Positions 33,380-43,278 of a DNA stretch of 64,000 nucleotides are shown piece after piece. Within the stretch, counting starts at the first letter, position 1; each line of letters begins with the position of its first letter. Source of the stretch: Thermoanaerobaculia bacterium (GTDB lineage Bacteria > Acidobacteriota > Thermoanaerobaculia > Multivoradales > Multivoraceae); the NCBI GenBank assembly GCA_963664405.1, contig OY761158.1, positions 4,128,001-4,192,000 on the forward strand, read 5' to 3'. The notes under the pieces were generated by a model. It did no database searches, was not told the origin of the DNA, and was given only the letters and a program-made list of their open reading frames with translations. The position numbers and the translations under genes are program-made.

Positions 33380-33880
33380 ATGGCCGCTCACTACGAGATG
33401 AGGCTGTCGAAAGAGGACTTCAAGTTCTCTGCGGCGCACTTCACAGTTTTCTCGCGCTCGACCGCAGAGGTTCTGCATGGCCACAACTATCGCGTCCGGG
33501 TCGAGATCCTTGGACCGGCGACGGATGAGTTGGGGCTCCTGATGGACTTGCGGCAGGTGAAGGCCGATATCCGGGGCATCTGTGCGCGGCTCGATTCCAA
33601 GACCCTGGTACCCGTCGCCTGCTCCGAGGTTGGAGTCGAGCAGTCGGATGGGCAAGTTCGAGTTCGCTTTGGAGAGCGCTGTTACGAGCTTCCCATTGAG
33701 AGCGTGATTCTTCTACCGCTGAGAAACACCAGCATCGAGGAGCTCGCCCACTACGTGTGGCAAGAGCTGGCCCCGGGGCTCGCCGGCTCGGGCGCTACCA
33801 GGCTGGGTGTCGTAGTCGAAGAAACTCGGGGTCAGGGCTGCCTCTACAGTGCCGAACTGGAGAAAGCTTCGAAATCGTGA
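33380..33880 (+). CDS. PTPS/QueD-family T-fold enzyme (PTPS-III signature)
   Basis: FSAAHF, EVLHGHNY, NTSIEELA, VEET. Confidence 0.85.
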   Translation: MAAHYEMRLSKEDFKFSAAHFTVFSRSTAEVLHGHNYRVRVEILGPATDELGLLMDLRQVKADIRGICARLDSKTLVPVACSEVGVEQSDGQVRVRFGERCYELPIESVILLPLRNTSIEELAHYVWQELAPGLAGSGATRLGVVVEETRGQGCLYSAELEKASKS

Positions 33881-33897
33881 ACCGAGGAGGCCCGCCG

Positions 33898-34530
33898 ATG
33901 AGACGACTACAGTCGAGCCAGTTCGCCTTCCTAACAGTGTCGCTCAGCATTTTCCTCAGCTCGGCGATCGCAGCACAGAAGGGCTTCGAGCGCGAGGACC
34001 TGATCCAGCCTTTTCTGCGCGGCGAGTTCACCCAATGGCTGATCGGCCCGATCGCCCGAATGGCGTCGTCGTCGGAGCGAGACGGCTACCTCGCTCTGCG
34101 CACCAACGAAGAGGCAACCCGCTTCATCGAAGAATTCTGGGCGAAGCGCGACCCGAGCCCCGATCAAGAGGGCAACGCCGTCTTCGAGCTTTACGAACAG
34201 CGCGCGGTGGAGGCGGACAAGAAGTACACCGAGTCGGCCCACACAGGTCGGCGAACCGACCGAGGCGCCATCTACATCCTCCACAGCGAGCCGGAGTCGA
34301 CCGAGTACGAAGAGTTCCGCAACGTCGACGAGCCCGACGTAGAGCTCTGGCGCTACCCCAAGACCGCAGAGCTAGGCCTCGACGGCAAGAAGCCCGAGCG
34401 CATCTACCGTTTCGCCCGCATCGGCGACCTCACCAGTTTCTACTCCAAGCGCAAGAGCCGCGGTGACGCCACCGACCGCATGCGTCGAACCAGAGACTCC
34501 CAGGGCCGAGCTCCGAGTCGCTACCCCTGA
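33898..34530 (+). CDS. GWxTD domain protein
   Basis: FIEEFWAKRDP, GRRTDRGAIYI, ELWRY; signal peptide. Confidence 0.8.
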   Translation: MRRLQSSQFAFLTVSLSIFLSSAIAAQKGFEREDLIQPFLRGEFTQWLIGPIARMASSSERDGYLALRTNEEATRFIEEFWAKRDPSPDQEGNAVFELYEQRAVEADKKYTESAHTGRRTDRGAIYILHSEPESTEYEEFRNVDEPDVELWRYPKTAELGLDGKKPERIYRFARIGDLTSFYSKRKSRGDATDRMRRTRDSQGRAPSRYP

Positions 34531-34602
34531 CGCGAGGGGCGTGTCGGTGGCGTCGCTGGGGCGCCCGAGGGAGGAGAGGGTGTCTTAGCTGGGGTCCCCC
34601 GG

Positions 34603-34738
34603 AGAGGCAGCGCCGAAGTCGGCGAAGGGGCCGGAGGCGGGCGGGGTGCTCCTCGGCGGGAACGGCTGCCGCTCCTATTAGTGCGTTCAGCGGTGATGCG
34701 CCCGCCTCCGGCCCTTCGCCGACTTCGGCGCTGGCTCT
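34603..34738. repeat. Long inverted repeat (about 40-bp arms)
   Basis: CAGCGCCGAAGTCGGCGAAGGGGCCGGAGGCGGGCG / CGCCCGCCTCCGGCCCTTCGCCGACTTCGGCGCTG. Confidence 0.85.
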
Positions 34739-34893
34739 AGGCACCGAGACGTAAATGGGTGCATCTAAGAGGGCCCCGACTACCCTTGAGGGCTGGGAGG
34801 TGCCAGCCACTTGTGGGCGATGGCTGACGCGTTCCGGCGCTCGGTGGTGCGGGAGTGCGGGAGGAGGTGCCAGTCATTTGGATAGCGGGGGGA

Positions 34894-35164
34894 GAGCGTG
34901 AGAGCTGGAGCCGGGGGGTGAGGGGTTCCCGGCGCAGCCGAGGCGTAGCCCGTCGTGGCGAGCCGGGATCAGGTTCCTTGCTGCGATGCATTTCCAATGC
35001 TTGCCGCGGTGCTCTAAGACAAGCGCCTAAACCCGGCTCGGCCCATGCAGTCCTTCCAGGTCCGGGGACGACAATACGCTCGGCTACGACTACCGGTGCG
35101 TGACGGGCTCAGAGAGCCGAGCGAGCAGGGAACCCCTCACCCCCCGGCTCCAGCTCTCGCGCTC
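34894..35164. repeat. 271-bp element with 37-bp terminal inverted repeats
   Basis: GAGCGTGAGAGCTGGAGCCGGGGGGTGAGGGGTTCCC and its complement at 35128-35164 (36/37); internal nested stems. Confidence 0.85.
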
Positions 35165-35244
35165 GATCGGAGCGCCGCTCCGGCGCAGACACCCCAGTCG
35201 CGACCGCGACCCGACCGCGACCCGACAACGACCCGATGCTCGAC

Positions 35245-36231
35245 TCACTGGAAACGCCTCAGAGGAGCGCGGTTTTTTTCGAGCTCGATCTCGATTTGGC
35301 GGAAAAGGGCGTCTTCGCGCTGGTGCCAGGATTGCGGAGTGAAGGATGCCGCGGGGGCGGAGAGGAATACGAGACCGCGACCTGTGCCTGAGTCTGTGCC
35401 GGCCTTGATGCGGATGTCTGCCCAGATCAGAGTCCAGGCCGGCGTTACCTCGACACGCCTGTCGTAGGGTAGGCGCAGCTCGGTGAGGGCGTTGAGGATC
35501 GCGCCTACCAGGCGGCCGCCGTCGGAGGAGTAGGGCACGGAGTAGGTGTGGCTGGCGGTGAGCGAGCCCGGCGGGGGGACGAAGACGTCGGTCTCGAGGA
35601 GCGATTGATAGCCCGGAGTCTCAGCTAGGCGCGCGAAGTTGCTGTCGGTGCGCGCCCGCAAGCGTACTTTTTCGTCGAGCTGTACTGCTTGCGAGAGGTG
35701 ACGCATGGCTAAGGCCGAGTAACCAGCCATGGCGTAGTTGGTCGCTACTAGGTAGTAGTCGTCGCCAGAGCGGGAAGGCCTCGCGAGGTGCTTCTGGAAG
35801 TGCTCGGAGGACTCTTCGAGACGGCCGGCGAAGAGTAGAGCCGCGCCGAGGTTGAGGTGGTTGTCGACAGCCTCCGGATCGAGCTTCTGTGCCTGGACGA
35901 AGTTCTCGTACGCGACGTCGTAGTTGGCGTCAGACAGCTCGAGCGCAGCGAGGTTGAGCCACCCCTGTCGTTGGCTCGGATCGAGGGCGAGGGCGCGTCG
36001 CAGATCCGCCTCCCCTGATTCTCGCTCGCCGAGGTAGAAACGCGCCGTGCTGCGCAAGAGAAGAGCGCGAGCATCCTCAGGTGCAGCTTGCAGCAAGCCG
36101 TCGAGCAGCACGATTGCCTTCGGAGCGTCGCCGGCGTCGAGCAGCTCCTCGGCGCGGGCAACGGAGTCGGTCTGGGCCGAGACTCCGGTCTGAAGGAGCA
36201 GGCTGATGACTAGGAGTAGAGAAATTCGCAC
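35245..36231 (-). CDS. Exported TPR protein
   Basis: Signal peptide; tandem TPRs (DLRRALALDP, WLNLAAL, HLNLGAAL). Confidence 0.82.
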   Translation of the reverse strand: MRISLLLVISLLLQTGVSAQTDSVARAEELLDAGDAPKAIVLLDGLLQAAPEDARALLLRSTARFYLGERESGEADLRRALALDPSQRQGWLNLAALELSDANYDVAYENFVQAQKLDPEAVDNHLNLGAALLFAGRLEESSEHFQKHLARPSRSGDDYYLVATNYAMAGYSALAMRHLSQAVQLDEKVRLRARTDSNFARLAETPGYQSLLETDVFVPPPGSLTASHTYSVPYSSDGGRLVGAILNALTELRLPYDRRVEVTPAWTLIWADIRIKAGTDSGTGRGLVFLSAPAASFTPQSWHQREDALFRQIEIELEKNRAPLRRFQ

Positions 36232-36335
36232 GGCACACTCGAGGCGACACCTGATGTTGTGACAACCTCCCATCCTATTGGATCAGAAGCGCGGGGGCCT
36301 TGGGAAGTTTGCCGCTCCTGTAGAATCTGAAAGCC

Positions 36336-37439
36336 ATGTCGGACTTGCCTGCTCCCAAAGAGATCGCCGATGCGCTCGAGAACCGGGTCTTCGGTCAACA
36401 GGAAGCTGTGCGCGAGATGGCCGTTGCGCTGTCGAAGAAAGTCGCGGGTCTCAAGGTCGGAAATATCCTGCTCATTGGCTCTTCCGGCTCCGGCAAGACG
36501 ACTCTTATGAGGGCCGTGGAAGGCTTCCTGGCAGAGAATGAGGCGCTCGCGGCGAGATCCACGGTGGTCCGGGTTCATGCCAATATTCTGGGCGAAGAGG
36601 CGCAGGAGGGACACCCCGGCGAGAAGCTTCTGCTCAGACTGGTTGAAAGGGCGCGCCAACAACTGGGCGATGACGCCAGTGTCGATAGCATCCTCGATCG
36701 AGCGGTCCAGGGCCTGGTCTTTGTCGACGAAGTAGACAAGATCCGCTCGGTGGTGGGCTCGCGGCCCAATATCCACGGCATCCGAGCCCAGGAGGCCCTG
36801 CTCACCTTGATCGAGAACGAGGCTGTGCTCTTTGCTCTGCCGGAGTGGGCCGGCGGGGATACGGTGGAGATCGATTCGAGTGGCCTTCTCTTTGTCTGCG
36901 CAGGTGCCTTCGAAGGGCTCTATGACGCGGTGTACGACCGGGTTACGGTCGGCGCCGACCGCGGCTCGCTGCAGCCGGTGACCGTGGTCGACCAGGGGCA
37001 GGTGCGAGAGGAGACTCCTTTCCGGTTGCGCGACTGGTTGCGCCCGGTGGATCTCTTCGACTACGGAATGAGTCCGCAGTTCCTCTCCCGCTTCGATGCC
37101 ACCGTGCTCCTCCAAGATCTCGGCGTCGAGGAGCTTGTCACCATCTTTCTCGAGAGCCCGGAGTCGGCTTACCTTCAGGCGATCGAGTACTTCATCTCCC
37201 GCGACATCGGGCTGGCGATGTCTCCCGCGGCAGTACGCCGAGTTGCAGAAGAGGCCGCCGCTCAGCCGCGCCTCGGTGCCCGAGCGCTCAAGGAAGTCTT
37301 TCGGCGGGTCATCCGAGACTATGAGTACGATCCGTCGCTCATCGGCGGCGAAGGCCACCGCGTTCTCATGATCGATCTTCCGGAGGTTGTGGAAGCCCTT
37401 GATCGCGCTTCTGCTCCCGCGCTTGCCGCCAAGCAATGA
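36336..37439 (+). CDS. ClpX-like AAA+ ATPase (atypical)
   Basis: VFGQQEA, NILLIGSSGSGKT, VFVDEVDKI, QEALLTLIE, FVCAGAF, LGARAL. Confidence 0.85.
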   Translation: MSDLPAPKEIADALENRVFGQQEAVREMAVALSKKVAGLKVGNILLIGSSGSGKTTLMRAVEGFLAENEALAARSTVVRVHANILGEEAQEGHPGEKLLLRLVERARQQLGDDASVDSILDRAVQGLVFVDEVDKIRSVVGSRPNIHGIRAQEALLTLIENEAVLFALPEWAGGDTVEIDSSGLLFVCAGAFEGLYDAVYDRVTVGADRGSLQPVTVVDQGQVREETPFRLRDWLRPVDLFDYGMSPQFLSRFDATVLLQDLGVEELVTIFLESPESAYLQAIEYFISRDIGLAMSPAAVRRVAEEAAAQPRLGARALKEVFRRVIRDYEYDPSLIGGEGHRVLMIDLPEVVEALDRASAPALAAKQ

Positions 37440-38091
37440 TGCGTGGCGGGACCAGGGAGAGAATCAGGATCAGCGTGGTGGCCAAAATCAGGTTGCGGAA
37501 GACGCCGCTCCGCTCTGCCTGCGCCACCTGAGTGAGTGAGGCTGCGAGATAGGTGTAGATGTAGGTAATCGGCCCGAGGCCCAATGCGGTTGACAGTGCG
37601 AAGACCGGAAAGCGCAGCCCGGCCAACGAGGCAGCGTAGTTGGTCAAGACAAATGGACACGGCAGGTAGCGCATGCGGAAGAGGGTCCAAAAACCGTGCC
37701 GCTCGAGTAACTTCTCAACGGTCTGGAGCCTCTCTCCGAAGAGGTGAACTACCAAGTCGCGAGCCAGGGTGTGGGCGAGAAGAAAACTGAGGAGAGCGCC
37801 CAGGAAGGTCCCCAGGTAGGCGAGGGTCCCCCCCCAAATGGCGCCGAATACGACTCCGGCGGAAAGTACTAGCGGACTGGCGGGGAAACCGATTGACGTG
37901 AGTACGGCTGTGCTGACGACGTAGCCGGGCACCGCCAAGGGATGTGCGCCGAGCTGCCGTAGAGTCTCGGACAGAGTTTCCGGATTGAGCTGCTCGCGCA
38001 CCGCCGGGACTCGCAGCGTGAGCAAGCTCGCTACAAGGATCGCCGCTAGGACACCGAAGCGGAGCAGGAGCCCGCGTGGAATGCGTAGCAT
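37366..38091 (-). CDS. DedA/VTT (TVP38/TMEM64) membrane protein
   Basis: AGVVFGAIWG, GTFLGA..F.LA, RYLPCPF..NYAA. Confidence 0.85.
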   Translation of the reverse strand: MLRIPRGLLLRFGVLAAILVASLLTLRVPAVREQLNPETLSETLRQLGAHPLAVPGYVVSTAVLTSIGFPASPLVLSAGVVFGAIWGGTLAYLGTFLGALLSFLLAHTLARDLVVHLFGERLQTVEKLLERHGFWTLFRMRYLPCPFVLTNYAASLAGLRFPVFALSTALGLGPITYIYTYLAASLTQVAQAERSGVFRNLILATTLILILSLVPPRIIAWRQAREQKRDQGLPQPPEDRS

Positions 38092-38104
38092 CGGCCTGCC
38101 GCGC

Positions 38105-38350
38105 TCAACTCTCCTCAGCGGTGGCCGAGGGAAGAACGAGGAACTCTCTCAGCTGGTGCTGGAGAATTTCGGCGGCCTCGGGGTCCATGAAGTTCAGCCG
38201 CAGCTCGTTGATGACTTTGACTTCCTGGTCCTCCCATTCGCGCCAGCAGTTCTGACAGACGTTGAGGACTACTTCGGCAGCCAAGTCGGTGGGCAGCGGG
38301 GGCTCAGCTGCTAGAGCCGGCCCCGACTTTTGGCAGCGCGAGCACTTCAG
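38105..38350 (-). CDS. YggX-like Fe(II)-trafficking / oxidative damage protection protein
   Basis: My translation: LKCSRCQKSGPALAAEPPLPTDLAAEVVLNVCQNCWREWEDQEVKVINELRLNFMDPEAAEILQHQLREFL...; not in the ORF track; apparent CTG start. Confidence 0.8.
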   Translation of the reverse strand: MKCSRCQKSGPALAAEPPLPTDLAAEVVLNVCQNCWREWEDQEVKVINELRLNFMDPEAAEILQHQLREFLVLPSATAEES

Positions 38351-38616
38351 CTTCGCACCTCGCCGGGAAGGACGATGCGGCTCTCGGACCGCTCGAGCAC
38401 CTCCCGCGGAATCTGAACCAGCAGGACGAGGTCGCGGGATTTCTGACTGCCCCTGACGTTCTTGACCATGTCATCGGGTACGGCGATCTTGAGCCATGCC
38501 GGCCGCTTCTCGTTGCGGCGAGCGCTGTCCGTTACCAGCTGGTCGACTTGGGCTATCAGCAGGCGGTCGCGGTACTTGTCGAGGGCAAAGGCGAGGCTGT
38601 CCAATTCGTCGCTCAT
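38347..38616 (-). CDS. Hypothetical protein
   Basis: Co-oriented between uxs-like and yggX-like genes; protein-like composition. Confidence 0.7.
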   Translation of the reverse strand: MSDELDSLAFALDKYRDRLLIAQVDQLVTDSARRNEKRPAWLKIAVPDDMVKNVRGSQKSRDLVLLVQIPREVLERSESRIVLPGEVRS

Positions 38617-38626
38617 GGCTGCCATT

Positions 38627-39589
38627 CTACACCGCAGGGCTGGCCGGGCCGCTGTCCTCGCTCAGTCCTCGGAAGTAATCGATGGTCTTCCGAAGTCCCT
38701 CTTCTAACGGGACTTGCGGCTCCCAGCCGAGAATCTTCCGAGCTCGACTGATGTCAGGCTGTCGGGTCTTCGGGTCGTCTATGGGAAGTTCCTTGAACTC
38801 GATCGGAGACGACGAACCGGTGAGCTCCGCGATTCTCTCCGCGAACTCTAGAATCGTCAGCTCGCTTGGGTTGCCGATATTGACAGGCTCGCGCTCTGTG
38901 CTGTTGAGGAGTCGCCAGATACCCTCGACGAGGTCGTCTACGTAGCAGAAAGAGCGCGTCTGCGACCCCGTTCCGAAGACGGTAAGGGGCTCGTTGCGCA
39001 GACATTGGTCGATGAATGCTGGCACTACTCGGCCGTCGCGCGGTCGCATTCGCGGACCATAGGTGTTGAAGATGCGAACGATGCGAGTCTCTAGGCCGTG
39101 TACTCGGTGGTAGGCCATCACCATTGCCTCTCCGAAGCGCTTGGCTTCGTCGTAGACACCGCGAGGGCCGACAGGGTTTACGTTGCCCCAGTAAGACTCG
39201 GGCTGTGGATGGATGAGGGGGTCGCCGTAGACCTCTGAGGTAGAAGCCAATAAGTAGGTGGCGCCGTGGGCCTTGGCGAGCCCCAAGGTGTTGTGTGTCC
39301 CCAGCGACCCGACCTTCAGTGTCTGGATGGGGAGCTCGAGATAGTCGATGGGGCTGGCGGGCGAGGCGAAGTGAAGTACGTAGTCGACCTTTTCGGATAT
39401 CTCCAAGGGCAGGCTGATGTCATGTTGAACGAAGCGAAATCGGCTCTCTCCCTCGAGATGGGCGATATTCGTTCTTCGACCGGTAAGCAGGTTGTCGACG
39501 CAAATGACGTCGCGACCCTCGGCCAGGATTCGCTCGCACAGGTGCGAGCCGAGGAAGCCAGCGCCGCCGGTGACCAGAGCCGTGGTCAC
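38627..39589 (-). CDS. UDP-glucuronate decarboxylase family (SDR)
   Basis: [44 protein letters not shown]. Confidence 0.92.
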   Translation of the reverse strand: MTTALVTGGAGFLGSHLCERILAEGRDVICVDNLLTGRRTNIAHLEGESRFRFVQHDISLPLEISEKVDYVLHFASPASPIDYLELPIQTLKVGSLGTHNTLGLAKAHGATYLLASTSEVYGDPLIHPQPESYWGNVNPVGPRGVYDEAKRFGEAMVMAYHRVHGLETRIVRIFNTYGPRMRPRDGRVVPAFIDQCLRNEPLTVFGTGSQTRSFCYVDDLVEGIWRLLNSTEREPVNIGNPSELTILEFAERIAELTGSSSPIEFKELPIDDPKTRQPDISRARKILGWEPQVPLEEGLRKTIDYFRGLSEDSGPASPAV

Positions 39590-40905
39590 GACGTGGTCAC
39601 GACGCTTCGGCGACCGACCGAGATGTAGCGTATCCCTGCCTCGAGCATCTCGACTGGATCGTAGAGGTTACGAAGGTCGACTACAACTGCTGCCTTCATC
39701 AACTCCTTCAGCCTCTCGGTCTCGAGCTTTCGAAATTGGTTCCACTCGGTCAGGATTACAAGCCCGTCTGCGTCGGTCGCCGCGTCGTAGGGGCCGTCGC
39801 AGAAGACGACTCCCGGTAGCCGGTCGCGGCACGCGTTCATGGCCGCCGGATCGTAGGCCCGGATTTGAGCGCCGCGCTTCTGCAACTCCCTGATGATACT
39901 GAGTGCGGGCGATTCACGTACGTCGTCCGTATCGGGCTTGAACGACAACCCCAAGACCGCGAGGGTAGTTCCCTCTAGGCCGTCGAAGGAGTTATCGATC
40001 TTTGCGACCATGCGCTCTCGAGTGTGATCGTTGGCTTCGAGAACCGCTTCGACGATGCGTAAGCGGACGTCGTTTTCGCGCGCAATCTGAGCAATCGCGC
40101 GGGTATCCTTCGGGAAGCAGGAGCCGCCAAAACCGGGCCCAGGGTGAAGAAACTGATTGCCAATTCGTGCGTCCAGGCCCATGCCCTGAGCAACAACCTC
40201 GACGTCTGCCTCCAGCACCTCGCAGAGCTCCGCGATCTCGTTGATGAAAGATATCTTCGTTGCCAGGAAGCTGTTGGAGGCGTACTTGATCAGCTCGGCG
40301 CTCTCGACGTCGGTAGTTACGAAGGGAACGCCCGCATTTCGAAGCGGCGAGTAGATGTCGAGCATGATCCGAAGCGCACGGCGATCCCGAGTACCGATGA
40401 CGACGCGGTCGGGGTGGAGGAAGTCGTCGATGGCCGACCCCTCGCGCAAAAACTCGGGGTTGGAGACCACCGCGAACTCCTGGCGTCCCCCTGTAGAGGT
40501 GCTTACGATGTCGGCGATCTCCTTGCCGGTCCCGATCGGAACTGTGCTCTTGGTGACGATTGCTTTGTAGCCGTTCAGGTTCTCGCCGATGGATTGTGCG
40601 ACCTGGCGGATGAATGTCAGGTCGGCGGAGCCATCCGGTAGTGGAGGAGTGCCGACGGCAATGAAGACGGCGGCCGATTGCTGAATCGCTGCGGGTATGT
40701 CTGTCGAGAAAGAGAGCCGACCCTCGGCTTCGTTCTTTTCGACAAGGCTCGCCAAGCCGGGCTCGTAAATCGGGATTTCGCCCGCACGTAACGAGTCGAT
40801 CTTGGACTTGTCCTTGTCGGCGCCAACAACCTGCATGCCGAAGTCGGCTAGGCAGGCGCCTGTCACCAGGCCCACATATCCCGTGCCTATGACGCTTATC
40901 TTCAT
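39586..40905 (-). CDS. ugd: UDP-glucose 6-dehydrogenase
   Basis: [48 protein letters not shown]. Confidence 0.95.
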   Translation of the reverse strand: MKISVIGTGYVGLVTGACLADFGMQVVGADKDKSKIDSLRAGEIPIYEPGLASLVEKNEAEGRLSFSTDIPAAIQQSAAVFIAVGTPPLPDGSADLTFIRQVAQSIGENLNGYKAIVTKSTVPIGTGKEIADIVSTSTGGRQEFAVVSNPEFLREGSAIDDFLHPDRVVIGTRDRRALRIMLDIYSPLRNAGVPFVTTDVESAELIKYASNSFLATKISFINEIAELCEVLEADVEVVAQGMGLDARIGNQFLHPGPGFGGSCFPKDTRAIAQIARENDVRLRIVEAVLEANDHTRERMVAKIDNSFDGLEGTTLAVLGLSFKPDTDDVRESPALSIIRELQKRGAQIRAYDPAAMNACRDRLPGVVFCDGPYDAATDADGLVILTEWNQFRKLETERLKELMKAAVVVDLRNLYDPVEMLEAGIRYISVGRRSVVTTS

Positions 40906-41063
40906 GGCGAAATGATAGGTCGGTTTGCGGTCGCTATGGCGAAGGCGTGCTGCCTAGGATCAAGGGCGGGTCGTAGACTACCCGAGGGTCCTCGAGCACG
41001 CAACCGTAACCTGAGCAGGCCCCCTGCCATCCTTAACTGTCTCGAAATTATGGAGTTAGCCTT

Positions 41064-41230
41064 CTAGTGTCGTGTCCCAGAAATGCCTACCCAATAGCTC
41101 GGCCCCTTTCGCTCGCTGCCTTCGTTACGCCTCGTCGACAGATTTCCCAATATGCCTGCCTCGCCGCGCCTTGGCAGCGACCGAAATGACCTCGATCTAT
41201 TAGGCAGGCATCTCCGGGACACGACACTAG
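41064..41230 (-). mobile_element. MITE-like hairpin element, family I copy C
   Basis: 34-bp imperfect TIRs CTAGTGTCGTGTCCC(A/G)GA(A/G)ATGCCT..; core nearly colinear with copy A; CTAG coincides with the mlaD stop. Confidence 0.82.
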
Positions 41231-42366
41231 GGGCTCTCCTCGAGGCCGGCCTGCGACTCTTCGTATCGGGTGCGCACACCCGACTTCTGGCGGTCGCGGA
41301 CCAGCCAGCGAAGGAACTTCGACTCATCAACGCCAACCAGGATGTCGTTCAGCGCCTCGTAGACGCTGGGGTCATTCAGCAGCAGAGCGGCGCTGCCATC
41401 ACCTTTGTTCAGCTTTTCAGTGGCCTCGTTGAGGTTCCCCAGAAGCTGGCGTAGCTCCGTGGTGAGCTCTTCCGCGAGCTCTTCGTCACTGATGAGGCGT
41501 GGTAAGAGGCCATCGCCGTCGCTCATCTCTGCCACCAGGGTGCTCAGTCTGTCACCGGAATCTCCCAAGCTTTGCAACGCCGAGTCGAAGTCATCTCGCG
41601 TAGTGGCATCGGTGAGCAGGGCGGGCAGCAATCCCTCCCCTTCGTCGATATTGGCCAACAGCGATTGGACTTCGACGATTACCGTGTCGAGGCCGTCTGT
41701 TAGCTCCGAGTCATAGATCAGGCGCCCGAGGGAGCCGCCGCCGGTGCGAACGTCGTGGATCACGAGCCTGATCTCGCCGAGGAGGGCTGTAACCGTGTCC
41801 GTCAAAGTGGTCCCGTCTTCCGACTCGGCCAAGAGCGAGCCTAGGAAACCCTCTCCGCGCTCCATCTTGCTGAGAATGTTGGAGAGTGAGTGGGCGGCCA
41901 CTGAGAGATTGGCCACCACGTCTCCGCCGGAGGCCAAGAGCTCGTCGATCTCGGTCGCGGGCGCCGCTGGGATCTCGTTCCCCGGATGAACCTGCTCATA
42001 GCTCGGCGTCCCCGACCGAATGGAGACGAACTTGTCCCCGAGCAAGCCGAGTGTCTGGATGCGGGCGAGCGAGTCCTCGCGAATGCGCTTCGCGAAACGA
42101 CGATCGACCGAGATCCAGACTTTGAGCTGTGTCTCGCCGGTGTCTTCGGGCAGGATTATTTCCTCAACCTTGCCTACTGCCACACCATTGAGCTGCACCG
42201 GATTGCCCGCAGCGAGGCTACTGACATTGTCGAATTGAACGAAGTATCGACTTTTCCGCGAGAACAGGAGGTCCTTCTCGCCGACCACGAAAACGAGGCC
42301 TGCGAACGCCGCTAGTCCGACAAGCACAGTAGCTCCGACCCGAGCTGCCGAGCCGTCACGCGGCAT
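41227..42366 (-). CDS. mlaD: MCE/MlaD family protein
   Basis: N-terminal TM, L..GNPV.LNGV.VG.V, IQTLGLLGDKFV, long helical tail. Confidence 0.88.
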   Translation of the reverse strand: MPRDGSAARVGATVLVGLAAFAGLVFVVGEKDLLFSRKSRYFVQFDNVSSLAAGNPVQLNGVAVGKVEEIILPEDTGETQLKVWISVDRRFAKRIREDSLARIQTLGLLGDKFVSIRSGTPSYEQVHPGNEIPAAPATEIDELLASGGDVVANLSVAAHSLSNILSKMERGEGFLGSLLAESEDGTTLTDTVTALLGEIRLVIHDVRTGGGSLGRLIYDSELTDGLDTVIVEVQSLLANIDEGEGLLPALLTDATTRDDFDSALQSLGDSGDRLSTLVAEMSDGDGLLPRLISDEELAEELTTELRQLLGNLNEATEKLNKGDGSAALLLNDPSVYEALNDILVGVDESKFLRWLVRDRQKSGVRTRYEESQAGLEESP

Positions 42367-43111
42367 ACTCTTCCTCGCTGTGTCCGGCTAGGAAGCCACG
42401 GAACACCTGGTCGTCGCTCGCATCGGCTTCGTCCCAGGTGCCTACGAAGCGGAAGGAACCGGCCTCGAGAAAGGCCACCTTGTCGCCGACAGCCCGAGCC
42501 AACGGAACGTCATGAGTGACTACTACCGAAGTTACGGTCATGGTGGTACGAGTGTCGGCAATGAGGTCGCCAATGGTCGCCGAGGTGACGGGGTCTAGAC
42601 CTGAGGTCGGCTCGTCGTAGAGCAGGGCCTCAGGGTCGAGGGCAAGTGATCTGGCCAGCGCCACCCTCTTACGCATTCCTCCGGACAGATCAGAGGGCAT
42701 TTTCGCCTCGATACCCGGTAGACGGACCAGACGAAGTTTCTCTTCAACCTTGCTGCGGATGACGCTTTCTTCGAGATCGGTATGCTCGCGCAGGGGGAAC
42801 GCGATGTTCTCGAAGACGTCCATCGAGTCGAACAGCGCGCCCGATTGGAAGAGCATGGCCACCCGCCTGCGCAATGGGTAGAGCTCGCGCTCGCGCAGCT
42901 GGGTTATCTCCTCGCCGTCGAAGACGACGCTTCCCGAATCGGCGGTCTCGAGGCCGTTGAGTTGGCGAAGAGTCACACTCTTGCCGCATCCGGATCGGCC
43001 CATGATGACAAAGCACTCACCCTCGAGAACCTCGAAGCTGAGGTTGTCGAGGACCTTGACCATGCCATAGCTCTTGGAAAGGTTCTCTACCTTGAAGAGC
43101 ACGCTAGGCAC
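42356..43111 (-). CDS. mlaF: MlaF ABC ATP-binding protein
   Basis: GRSGCGKS, FQSGALFDS, LSGGMRKRVALAR, YDEPTSGLDP. Confidence 0.92.
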   Translation of the reverse strand: MPSVLFKVENLSKSYGMVKVLDNLSFEVLEGECFVIMGRSGCGKSVTLRQLNGLETADSGSVVFDGEEITQLRERELYPLRRRVAMLFQSGALFDSMDVFENIAFPLREHTDLEESVIRSKVEEKLRLVRLPGIEAKMPSDLSGGMRKRVALARSLALDPEALLYDEPTSGLDPVTSATIGDLIADTRTTMTVTSVVVTHDVPLARAVGDKVAFLEAGSFRFVGTWDEADASDDQVFRGFLAGHSEEEYAA

Positions 43112-43278
43112 TAGTGGACCGTAACACTCGAACGTTTAGTGGCTGGGTGAGTCATTCGTGGTCGAGATCAAGGCGCGCTGACGCAGGCATATCGGGGACT
43201 ATGTCGAGGAAGCGTAACGCAGAGATCGGCCGCGAGGGCCGCTCAGGCGCTAAACGTTTGGGTGTTACGGTCCACTAG
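43111..43278 (+). mobile_element. MITE-like hairpin element, family I copy D
   Basis: TIRs CTAGTGGACCGTAACAC(TCG/CCA)AACGTTTAG; core motifs AAGGCGCG..GCAGGCATA..TGTCGAGG..AACGC. Confidence 0.82.
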
